NCBI GenBank assembly: GCA_016748015.1
Contig: JAAOMT010000379.1
Span: 3,089-28,680, forward strand
Source: Geosiphon pyriformis uo1
Lineage: Eukaryota; Fungi; Glomeromycota
DNA length: 25,592 bases
Direction of reading: 5' to 3'
Of the stretch, positions 11,670-22,420 are shown piece by piece. Made by a program: the position numbers and the translations under genes. Under the pieces are notes generated by a model. The model was not told the DNA's origin, did no database searches, and saw nothing but the letters and a program-made list of their open reading frames with translations. The stretch's first letter is position 1. Each line of letters starts with the position of its first letter.

Positions 11670-13546
11670 ATGTCGAATAAGAAAGCTCCTGTTGGTGCTT
11701 CTTCTGGTTCTGTTGGTGGTCTCTCCTCTCAAAAAAAAAGAGTTTTCCTTCGCCATATGAGTTAGTCTGGTGATAGAAACAAAGCTGTTTTGGCCAAATC
11801 TCATTCTGGTGGGAGTCAATACTCAGATATAAAAAGTGATTCTGGTGACAGTGTTGCTGGTGGCATCTTGGCTGACAGTGATGATGGGTCTCTTCTTGGC
11901 TCAGCTGCAACAACTCCTAAGGCAAAGAGGATTAAGAATAATTTAGACTGCAGCTCCCCTCTTGGTTCATTAGATTACAATGTAAATGATAATGATGGTG
12001 GTCCTCTTCCCCCTCCTCTTGGTATTCCTTTAAAAAAAATGTGGCTGGATCCCAAATTGTTAAATCTCAAGTGGAAGTTGCTGTTAGGAAGTTCTTTGCA
12101 TTAGATATTAATCTCTTAGCTGTGGAAGGCAAATCGGCAACTGCGAAAACTCAATTGATTAGGAAATTGTTTTCAAAAATCAGTGGTTTTGGGGGGACCA
12201 CTACTCCCTCAAAATTTGATGGGATTATCAGATCAACGTTTACTTTATCAGAGAGCTTGGAAAAGGCCATATCATTGGCCAAGAAAAATAACATCATAGT
12301 AAACAGTGATCTTAAGAGACAAGGAATTCACTTGGATCGGGCCATAGTAATCAAGAAAATTCCCATGGATACACCAAAAAAAATGATCATCACCACAGTA
12401 TCTGAGTATGGTCAGATTGTGTCTATCAAAGTTCAGTTAATTGGGCTATGGCAGAAGGCTGTGGTGGAGTTTGCCGAATCTAGTCAGGCTGATCTGTTGG
12501 CGTCAAAATGGTCCTTTCTAATTGGGAAAGATTCTGTGCGTGTGGCCAAGACTGTGGGAGATCATGAGACATGGGCTTTTAGGGATCAATTCAGGGCACT
12601 TCTGTTTACTTTGCTGGTGGGAACGACGGCTTATGATCTTGGGAATCTATTGGAAGGGGCCAGTGGGAAAACTTGTGTCATCAATCATTTATTGGAAACT
12701 GGCAATAGAACACACTGTGTTGTGATATGGTTTGAATCTAATGAAGCTATGGAATCGGCTTTTCACACGGAGCCGATCTTTGGTGGAGTGAAACTCTCAT
12801 GGGTTAGGTTGGATTTGGTTTGCTGTGAACAGTATGGGAAGTTTGGTCATTCTGCCCTAGAATGTGATGCTAAGGTTGCATCAGTTTTTCAATCACCCAA
12901 GTCATTTAGAAAGCCTGCTAACTTGGATACTCGTCTCCAGTTGGCCAAATTATATGCTAAAAAAAAGGTTCCAATCTCTTGTCCTGTCGCTTTTGGAGGC
13001 AAATTCTGGGCCCAAGTGGTCTCAGTTGCTTCAGTCTCTCGTGTTCCTCTTGATGACTTTGGTTCTGGTTCTCTGCTCATTGGTGCTTCGAATTCTGGTG
13101 GTACCCCTCCTCCTCTCTCTATGATCGATGCCCCTTTGGGTGTGCATTTGGCATGTCTGAAATGCTCTATAGAGCTTTTATCTGATCAAATTTCGAACAT
13201 TCTTCTTCGTTTTGACAATCTCAGTTTGGTGCCTTTAGCTCCTTCTTCTAATATGATTCTTCTGGTGAATACTCCTCAACTGTCTGTCTCTGGTTCTCTT
13301 ATGGTGGCTAACTCAGACTTGGATTCCAACATGGTATTAGACGTACCTTTGGCTTAACCCATTTCTTCTTCTTCTAGCAATGATAGTTCTCAATTAGGTC
13401 ATAGCAGTTCCAAGGTGTTGACTTCTAAAGTTGGTGTTTTAGAATCAAAGTTGGTTGCTCTCGATGCTTCCATTGGTTTGATTTTGGCAAAGTTGGAACA
13501 GTTGTGTGCTGGTTCGGGTTCTCTGATTCTCTCCTCATATCAATGA
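11670..13546 (+). pseudogene. LINE ORF1 (tandem RRM-like domains, CCHC knuckle, two C-terminal heptad segments), copy C
   Basis: ATG 11670 (MSNKKAP), TAG 11763, a 1-nt deletion near 12053, TAA 13355 (Gln in copy B), and natural stop TGA 13544-13546. RRM-like segments AIVIKKIP..SEYGQIVSIKV..KAVVEF and ALLFTL..GKTCVI..CVVIWF. Knuckle CEQYGKFGHSALEC at 12824-12865. Confidence 0.9.
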
Positions 13547-16500
13547 CCAATTATATTTGGAAAATTGCCACGTGCAATGTTAGGGGAATGAACAATCCTG
13601 CGAAACAGGAGGATGTTATTTGTTGGCATAAAAAAATAAACAATTTGGTCTCTATCATTACTAAAACGAAATTAAAAGGTAAGGCATGTCTGTGAATTGC
13701 AGACAAGTTTGATGGTGTCTGAGTGTTCACTTCTGGTTTGGACTCTGGTCACTTGGGTGTGGGTGTTGCTGTTATCATGGATGTTTCTTTGGCTTGTCAT
13801 GTGTGCAAGATTTTTGAGGTGCCTGGTCGGCTCCTTTCTATTAAATTGCTTTTCAAGGATAAACTTTCTGTGTTAATTTTGGGGCTTTATACTAGTGCTT
13901 CTTCAGTGGTCTGGTTCTTTTAGGCTGGTGAAATCAATTCTCTCATTGCGAAGGCTGTCAATGAATTTTCTTTCATCATTCTTGGTGGCGATTTTAATGA
14001 AGACAACTCTCGTAAAAGTGCAAGTTTTAAAAGATGCTTTGATTTGGGTCTGGTCAATTCTTTAGTTGGTAGCCCGGCTGCAAAATTGCTCACTTGGAAA
14101 AATTCTAGGGGTGTTAAGAAAACAATTGATTACGTGTTTGTCTCCTCGAGTCTTGTCAATGCGATAGTGCATTGTGAAGTTTTGAATGTCAGTGAGCATT
14201 TTGACACGGACCATCAAGCTGTTTCAGTGGATTTGGGTTTGGGCGGGCTCTTGGATATGCATTTGAATTCTCTTTACAAGCAAGCAAATAGAGATTGTTG
14301 GAAGTTTGATGTCAAAAGTGCCAATAAAGCTAAGTGGTTGGAGTTTAGGGAGGCCTCAGCTGCTAATGTCTCTATGTTCTCGGATGCTTTTGGTGTGGCA
14401 GTGAAGTTTTCAGATGTGGATGCTATGTGGGACATTGTTCGCAAAATTATGGTTTTTTCAGCGGGTGGTGCATTTAAGAAAAAATGGTTCAAAGGTTTTG
14501 ATGGTGTATTTACCAAGACTTCTTCTAGATTTCACAAGCTGGAGCTGCTGGTTTCTAAGTTGGTCAAGGCTTCGCGTTTGGCTTCTAGTGATGGTTTTGC
14601 TTCTTTGTTGGAGGTGTGGCACAGACTCGACTCTCCTGGTGCATCGGTGGTCAAGTCTCTGTTTCTTTCAGGTTCTAATTTTGATCTTATTCGTTCTGTG
14701 CTGGCCAAAGCAAGGAAATCGTACTGCTCCTTCAAATTAGTGGAATTCAAGCGTGCTGAGAAATTTTCAATCAAGCAGACTATTAATAGGAGAATGGAGA
14801 GTTTTGAGCTGAACAAGGGTCACATCATTAGGAGTGTCTTGGAGCGTCCTTTTCGCAAGGTGGTCTTGGATCATCTAGTTGTGGAAAATAAGTTGATTTT
14901 AGAGCCTGATTTGGTTAAGTCTAAGGTGGACAAAATTATGGAGAAATGGACCAGAAAACATGAGGTGGTGTCTGACTTATCTGAGGATTGGGCTCGTCAA
15001 TATCGGCCTCTGGATTACGTGTTCGATAGTGCTTTCTCTGATGTCATGTGTTCGATTAGTTTTGATGAGTTGTCAGCTGTTGTTAAGGATCTTCCTGATG
15101 GAAAAGTGACTGGTCTTTCTGGTATCTCCAATGAATTATGGAAACATTGTGACAAATCTGTTTTGGATATGTTTTTGGTGCTCTTGAATTTCTGTTTAGT
15201 TGTTGAGTTAGTACTTGGGCCTTGGAGAGAAGCTTGGGTTTCAATGATTCCTAAACCATATGAATGGGAGGGAGTTCTCATAAACACCCGTCCTATAGCT
15301 TTAATTGAGACAGCCCGCAAAATTCTCTCCAAGATCCTTTCAGATAGGATCTCTCTGGCTTGCAGTACTTTTGATGTTCTTCGTGGGGACAATTTTTCGG
15401 TTTTGAAGGGTATGACAACACAATCTCCCATTTTTGCTATCGGTTCTGTGGTTGAGGATGCCTTGGAGAAGAACTATGAACTTTGGCTGGTTTTACAGAA
15501 CATGCACAAGGCTTATGACTCAGTTGGTTGGAAACATCTTAGGAGAAGTCTAGTCAGGATCAAAATGTGTAACAGGTTTATTAGATTTTTTGGCAGTATT
15601 CACAATGGTCGCGTCAACAGAGTAATGACGGACTTTGGCTTGACTGATAGATATTGTGTTTACGATGATCTGGATCAGGGAGAAGTTTTCTCGCCTCTTC
15701 TTTGGCATATTTTTTACGATTCACTTCTGTGTGAGATTAAGAGACAGGATAGTGTGTATGGCTACAGGTTGAATTCTCATTTTATATCAAGAACTGGCCA
15801 GGTGGATCCTCAAGCTGGGCTGTCTTCGTTTCTTGCTGCCGGAGCTTTTGTCGATAATACTATTTGGGTTGGGAGCAGTCAGGCTGCTACGCAACACATC
15901 CTTGATGTTGCTAGTGAGTTTTTTAGGTTTAATGATATTTCTGTAAACAACGACAAAACAGTGGCCATCCCCATCAATTGCCGGGTGCTGGATCCTTATT
16001 TAACTATTAGTGGTGCGCCTATTTCCATTGCCAAGAAAGGGGAATCTCATCGCTATTTGGGTATTTTTTTGTCTTCTGAGGGTCTTTCGAAGCCTAGCTT
16101 GGCTAAAGCTCAGGCTGATGTACGGTTTTTTGTGAATCTTGTTTTGAGAAAAGTGATTTTGGACAAGCAGTGTACATATTTGGTGTCTGCAGTTCTTTTC
16201 CCTATCATCAGCTACAGGATCCAGTTCAGTTTCGTTTCTATTGGTGTTTGTAGTAAATGAGATGTTTTGGTATGCAGAGTCTTAAAATACAAGTCTGGAT
16301 TGCCACGTGATTTCTTCAGTGATGCACTTCATCACCCCTCTATGTACAATTTAAAAACTTTCAAACAGATCCAGGCTGAGAGTAAATTGGCCTCCATTGT
16401 TGCTTTTGCAAATTCTACTGGTGTCTTGGGTCACTTGTTTTCTCACAGGTCTCATGACCTCCAGGTTCTCAGCTGGCGTCCTCGTCATTTCTTGCTGTTT

Positions 16501-18225
16501 CTGGCTTGTGTTAGTATCAGCCCCTTGAATAATTTTTTGGCAGGTGTGGTTTGCATTTTTTCTGGGTGTGATTTGTCTTTGGGAGGCCCTCTGGCTTGTG
16601 TCGTTAGAGTAGTACTCTTATGTCTTTGGTTCTTGGTAAATCCTATTTTTTCAAGTGCATCTCCTCACTCAGGCGTTATGGAATTGCTTTTATGGAACAG
16701 CTTCGTGACCGTAATGGTGATGTTTTCAGTTGGGGGACCTTCAAGCGTTGGAAGAGGCTAGACCCTCGTGGCCCAGTCCCTTTCTGGTTTGATCTTTCCA
16801 TTCGCTTTCTTGGTGGTATTGTGCCTCTCTCTTCAAGTTCTTCTTTGGTGGATGATCATGCTGTGTCTGATGTTCATCTTTCTCATGATTTTGGTGTGAT
16901 TCGTGACACTTTGCTGACTGTTGATGCTGCCCACTTTTCTGTGTATACGGATGGTTCTCTTTTTGGTCTGGGCACTGTTGACGTGAGAACAGGTGCTGTC
17001 GTTTTTTTTGAGGACATTAACTTGGGTTTGGGTGTTGGGGTGCCTGGTTTGGTTTCTTCTACTCTGACAGAACTACAAGCCATAGTTTTGGCCCTTGAGT
17101 GTATTCCCTTTTCTCGTTCGATCGACTTGTTCTCGGATAGTCAAGCTGCTTTGGATGCATGTAGGTCGGAGTCTTCACTGGTTCGTCCGAATTTCAGGAA
17201 CCGCTGTTAGATCAAGTGTCATCATATTGCTACTGTCATTTGTCAAAAAAATTTGGATGTGAATTGGGTTAAGGTGAAAGGCCATTTGGGTGTCTCAAGC
17301 AATGAGCGTGCTGATGCGCTTGCCAAAGGTGCTGCTCTCTCTGCTTGGCATCTACCTCATTTGGTCAATAAATGTTTTATATGTGCTGGTGGTACAGCAG
17401 TTTCTGGTAATTCTAGACACTTTGTTCGTGATGTTTTTTGGTCAGTTCATCGAGCTCGTTGGGAGATTGGAGTAGGTTCTCGTGTTGTGGATGATAGTTT
17501 GTGTGCTGATATCAATTGGTCTAAGTCTTCTATGGTATGGCACCCCGATTCTCACTTGGCATCCGGTTTTACCAGCATGCGCATGGCAAGTTGTTGTACT
17601 TACTTTATGAAGGCTCTCCATCATCAGCTTCCTGTTGCTGTGCACAAGCATTTATATGATAGGAGATACCCCAGTGTGGTCTGCCTGTTTTGTGGTGACA
17701 TTGAGATCTCGGATCATGTTTTTTCATGTCCTCAGGATGCCGCTGGCCGTGCTCGTTTTGTTGGGCGCTCATGCTTTAGCTTGGGAGACTCTTTCTGGTC
17801 TTTCTTGCTCTTCTTCATGTGTCTCACAGGCCTTGACTTTTTGTGTTTCTAAAGTTGGAGTTGGTGTTGCTTTGTGTAAAGGCTTTGTTTTCAATGAATG
17901 GTTTTGTGAGTCTGTCTCAGTTTTTAAAGATTCTAAGGAGGGTGCTAAGAGGGTTGTGAGCTTTGTGCATGATTTTTGTCTGGCATTTTGGGATGATATT
18001 TGGTTGGTTCGGGCCAGACACCGAGCATTTATGGAAAAGCACAGCTTGATTCTGCATGACGGCTCTGCTCCTGCCTCAGTTTCTGGTTTGCCTATGGTGT
18101 TTTCAGCTGGTGTGGTCAGATTGCTGGGGGTGGCAGAGGCTTTTGGAGTTGGTTTCGGGTTCTGTAAGTTTTGTCCTTTTTTTTCAGGTATTGGTAATGT
18201 AGTTTCTGTGCATATAGGTATATAG
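13543..18225 (+). pseudogene. LINE ORF2 polyprotein, ~1560 codons (APE - RT - RNase H - CCHC), copy C
   Basis: APE: ATCNVRG, LGGDFN, TWKN, IDYVF, TDH. RT: RPIALIE, QNMHKAYDSV, QGEVFSPLL, FVDN (15847-15858), YLG. RNase H: YTDGS, TELQAI, SDSQ, VKGH, NERAD. C-terminal CLFC-x7-H-x3-C at 17682-17729. Stops at 13693, 13720, 13921, 16258 and 17208; frameshifts near 16600 and 17758. Confidence 0.96.
16935..17330 (+). other. RNase HI domain within copy C ORF2
   Basis: The D-E-D-(H)-D catalytic set is visible: VYTDGS / ELQAI / FSDSQAAL / WVKVKGH / NERADALAK. Confidence 0.92.
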
Positions 18226-18362
18226 TGTAGTCCTGCCTGGCCCGAGTGGCTGGTCACGTGTAGAAGGCGCATGATTTGCACCTAGTTTAGATCATTTGTA
18301 TGATGTATAGCACTAGGTCGTGTTTGGACCTCACTCATTAAATATAAAAAAAAAAAAAAAAA
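18226..18362 (+). other. LINE 3'UTR with predicted RNA structure, ATTAAA and poly(A), copy C
   Basis: Inverted repeats ACCTAGT/ACTAGGT, ATCAT/ATGAT and GAGTG/CACTC. Conserved with copy A. A17 tail. Confidence 0.85.
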
Positions 18363-19238
18363 TTGACTTGTTTAATAAATATATAATTAAATTTATTAGT
18401 GTTTTAATAATTTAAATTATTTTTTTATTGATTATTAAAAATAAATACCAAAATTTTTTTATATTAAAAGTATTATTATTATTATTATTTTGTTGTTTAA
18501 AAATTTATAAAACTATAATATATATCTTTTAAATAAAATAAATTTATTAATAAAAATAAATAATTAATAATTTTGTAAAAAATATAAAGTATTAATGTAA
18601 AAGTTATTAAATATAAATATATAAATATGTTTAAAATAAAAAATTAAATAAGCATTAAAATAAAAAATTGTTAAATACTTAAATAAAATAAAAACAAATG
18701 GTTTTTTTAATTTATATAGCTTAAATTATTGGTTATATATAAAAAATATGTAAGTAATATTTTAAGTTTTAATTAAATTATATTTAATTAATACATACAA
18801 ATAACATTATTAAATTTGTTTTATTTATAAATTAAATATATAAATTTTATTTAATAAGTTTAAAATTAATATAAAGTTATATATATATATATATAATAAT
18901 AATAAAAATATATTTAATACTGGTTTAATTTTTTCCAATTTTAAAATTTACAATTATTTTTATTTTAAAATAATAAAACGAATTTTATTCAATATTAAAA
19001 TATATAAAACAATAATAATGTTAATTTAACAAAACAAAAATAATTTAATGAATATAATACAATAATTATTAAAAAAACAATTATATTATAGAGTAAAAAC
19101 TCTGATTTTAACAAAGACGGGTTTGTTACCTAAATAGCAAATTTATACTGATAAATCAAAGATCTGAAACGTCATTGACACGAACCAAACATATATTAGG
19201 CCATATCTTCCCAAACCATAACAAACACACAAAACACC

Positions 19239-19842
19239 ATGGCGAGCGTTGAAGATATTAAACGTCAATTAGAGGTGGTTACGACCGAGTATAGGAGATG
19301 CGTGGAGAAGCTAGATAGGTTAAATGAATTAAAGAAGAATTTGAGAGAGGAGGAGGATGTGGACGAAAAGCAAAGGAAGAAGTGGATAGAAGAAAAGGAA
19401 GAGTTGGAAGAAGAAGTGAAAGAGCTAAAAAAGAGTAAAGATAGATGGGAGTTGCAGATGGAAAAATTACAAGATCACTTTATAGAAACTAATAAGACAG
19501 GTAACGACTTCGTAACTTGAGACATAGAGTAGAGCTTAACAAATTTGTAAATCAGTTTTCCATGCATAACTATTCATTCATTTTGTAATTACATGCGTTT
19601 TATGGAAGGAATGTCCATATTTAAGAGAATATTTGGTGTATAACGCCTATTTCTTTCTATTTTCTATGGTTATTCTAGAACACCTTGCGAAGCGTGTTAG
19701 ACTTGACACCCCTGACAACACCTTATCATTTCTACAACTTCTCTGCCCTCCCTTCGATGAACCAATCACACGCAGCAATCTTGAACACTGTTTTACCTCA
19801 GCGTTACTTCAAAAATTGCCAGCTATATCCCATCTTTGCCGG
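19239..19842 (+). CDS. 5' part of an intron-containing gene: N-terminal charged coiled coil (exon 1, 19239-19500), intron 19501-19678, exon 2 from 19679 running into the gap; function unknown
   Basis: Good start context (CACCATGG) and an E/K-rich heptad protein. Donor AG|GTAACG at 19500/19501 and a pyrimidine tract plus CTAG| acceptor at 19678. The phase-1 splice joins in frame to give ...TNKT-E-HLAKRVRLDTPD. CpGs are retained. Confidence 0.72.
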
Positions 19843-20795
19843 NNNNNNNNNNNNNNNNNNNNNNNNNNNNNNNNNNNNNNNNNNNNNNNNNNNNNNNNNN
19901 NNNNNNNNNNNNNNNNNNNNNNNNNNNNNNNNNNNNNNNNNNNNNNNNNNNNNNNNNNNNNNNNNNNNNNNNNNNNNNNNNNNNNNNNNNNNNNNNNNNN
20001 NNNNNNNNNNNNNNNNNNNNNNNNNNNNNNNNNNNNNNNNNNNNNNNNNNNNNNNNNNNNNNNNNNNNNNNNNNNNNNNNNNNNNNNNNNNNNNNNNNNN
20101 NNNNNNNNNNNNNNNNNNNNNNNNNNNNNNNNNNNNNNNNNNNNNNNNNNNNNNNNNNNNNNNNNNNNNNNNNNNNNNNNNNNNNNNNNNNNNNNNNNNN
20201 NNNNNNNNNNNNNNNNNNNNNNNNNNNNNNNNNNNNNNNNNNNNNNNNNNNNNNNNNNNNNNNNNNNNNNNNNNNNNNNNNNNNNNNNNNNNNNNNNNNN
20301 NNNNNNNNNNNNNNNNNNNNNNNNNNNNNNNNNNNNNNNNNNNNNNNNNNNNNNNNNNNNNNNNNNNNNNNNNNNNNNNNNNNNNNNNNNNNNNNNNNNN
20401 NNNNNNNNNNNNNNNNNNNNNNNNNNNNNNNNNNNNNNNNNNNNNNNNNNNNNNNNNNNNNNNNNNNNNNNNNNNNNNNNNNNNNNNNNNNNNNNNNNNN
20501 NNNNNNNNNNNNNNNNNNNNNNNNNNNNNNNNNNNNNNNNNNNNNNNNNNNNNNNNNNNNNNNNNNNNNNNNNNNNNNNNNNNNNNNNNNNNNNNNNNNN
20601 NNNNNNNNNNNNNNNNNNNNNNNNNNNNNNNNNNNNNNNNNNNNNNNNNNNNNNNNNNNNNNNNNNNNNNNNNNNNNNNNNNNNNNNNNNNNNNNNNNNN
20701 NNNNNNNNNNNNNNNNNNNNNNNNNNNNNNNNNNNNNNNNNNNNNNNNNNNNNNNNNNNNNNNNNNNNNNNNNNNNNNNNNNNNNNNNNNNNNNN
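19843..20795. other. Assembly gap (953 N)
   Basis: N run. ORF-track entries spanning it are artefacts. Confidence 0.99.
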
Positions 20796-22420
20796 ATGTT
20801 ATACAAGTTTTATTATTTGCTTAAATCAATTTTAATTTTTAAATTTGTTATGCTTATTTTGGTTTTTTTATATTTTCGGAATTAAAAAAGTATTTTATTC
20901 AAAATAAATAGCTTTTTTATTTTATTTTTTTAGCTGTTAATGACTGAATTTTTTACACCAGATATTTTAAATAATACATTATTTTTTGTAAATATTAACA
21001 ATTTTATAAAAAAAAAATTGATTATGTTTTGTTTGTATAAACCAGTTATTTAAATTAGTTAAAACAATCTTATATTTTAAACAATATATTTTTGGTTAAT
21101 CTATTATATATATATTAAATATGTAAAAAAAAATTATATTAATTATTTTTTATTATTATTTAATCTGTAGTTTAATTGTTATTTAATATAATAAGTCAAC
21201 TTAAGTAATTTAAATTAAAAATAATTTATGTATTTTTTACATATAACCAAACATAAACCTATTTAAACTAAATTACATAAATCTATAAAAAAAAATCTAT
21301 TTTAAAAAAATATTTTATACATAATTACACTAATATACTATTATTTATAATAATATTACTTATCTATTTAATATTTATTTTTGACTTAATACAATTTGGT
21401 TAATACTTTTAAAAAGCCAACAATTAAATGTAAATATTTTTAATTTTAATCTTAATTAATTCTCTGTTAATTTTATTTAAAAATTTACTAAAAGTAAACA
21501 ATTTACTTTAAACTATAATAATTATATTTTTTAACTTTTTATATTATATTTAAATAATTTAAATAATTTAATTTAAATATTATTTTTTAATTTAATATTA
21601 TTTAATTTGTTATTTTTAAATTTATTTTATAAATTATAATAATTTTATAAACTTTTTTTGTATATAATATTATTTAAATAAAAAAATAACAATAATAATA
21701 AAAATTTAAAAATATTAAAATATATTTAAAATATTTATAAGTAATATTAACATCTTGTAATTTTTTTTATTAATATTAATAAATACAATTTAACCACTAT
21801 TTAATATGATATAATTACTTAAAATTTTAAATTAAACATAGTTTATGCTGTTTTTTTACTCTTTTTTTAATATTATTAATATTATTTTACTGTTAATTTT
21901 ACTGTTAATAGAAGTCAGTAAATTTTTAATAAGTTAATTCTTTTTTTAAAATATTTTTTATACTTTGAACTATATATACTGTTGAATTTATAATAAACCA
22001 GCCAATTTTATATCAATTACTTATATAATTACTTTGCAGTAAAAATCAACTCTTTTACAAAAAAATCTTATCTATAAGCTTTTTAATTAATATATAGTTA
22101 CTTTACTATAAAAATTAATTTTTTTACAAGAAATTTCGACTGTAAATTATCTAATAATATAAAAAAAATAATGAAAAAAAATATAATTAAGAAAAAAAAA
22201 TAAAAAATTGTACTAAAGAAGTTATTTTAAATTTAAGTCTAAAAATTATTAATAATTAATAAAATTAGTAACTAATTAATTTTAAAATATTTTAAGCTTA
22301 AGTAAAGATTAATTCTAACAAAAATATTTTTTTTTAAAAAAAAGCTCTTTTTTTATTATAATACTATTCTATAATTTAATATTTTTTTTTCTATTAATAT
22401 TTTGGTAAACTAAAAATATA

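Larger units (their letters stand above)
11543..18362 (+). mobile_element. Full-length inactivated non-LTR retrotransposon (LINE with RNase H), copy C; best-preserved copy
   Basis: 5' motif CCCAAATTCC, ORF1, ORF2 with all domains, 3'UTR, ATTAAA at 18337 and an A17 tail at 18346-18362. The true 5' end may lie as early as ~11531. Confidence 0.96.

Noticed and set aside
11531-11670. HDV-like or hammerhead ribozyme at the element 5' end
   Set aside because: The leader is short and T-rich, with no nested pseudoknot pairings or CTGANGA/GAAA core visible.
13543-18225. Prokaryotic RT systems (retron, DGR, group II intron, CRISPR-RT) or an LTR element
   Set aside because: APE domain, ORF1 and poly(A) tail are present, with no LTRs, integrase, repeat-spacer array or TR/VR pair. 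This is a eukaryotic non-LTR element.
2058-18281. Many minus-strand and alternative-frame ORFs inside the LINEs (e.g. 8684-9154, 15015-15431, 17769-18281)
   Set aside because: Shadow ORFs of LINE coding sequence with no motifs and inconsistent boundaries between copies.
18227-18336. tRNA-like look of the 3'UTR (GTAGTC..TGGCCCGAGTGG resembles a tRNA-Ser/Leu 5' end or A-box)
   Set aside because: No proper B-box (GTTCRA), acceptor stem or cloverleaf. Not called as a tRNA or SINE.
18363-18380. Possible TSD for copy C (TAATAAA at 11524 and 18373)
   Set aside because: Short, AT-only and not adjacent to the poly(A).
19633-20885. Four long ORFs spanning the N gap
   Set aside because: Artefacts of N translation. 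Only 19679-19842 is supported, as exon 2.
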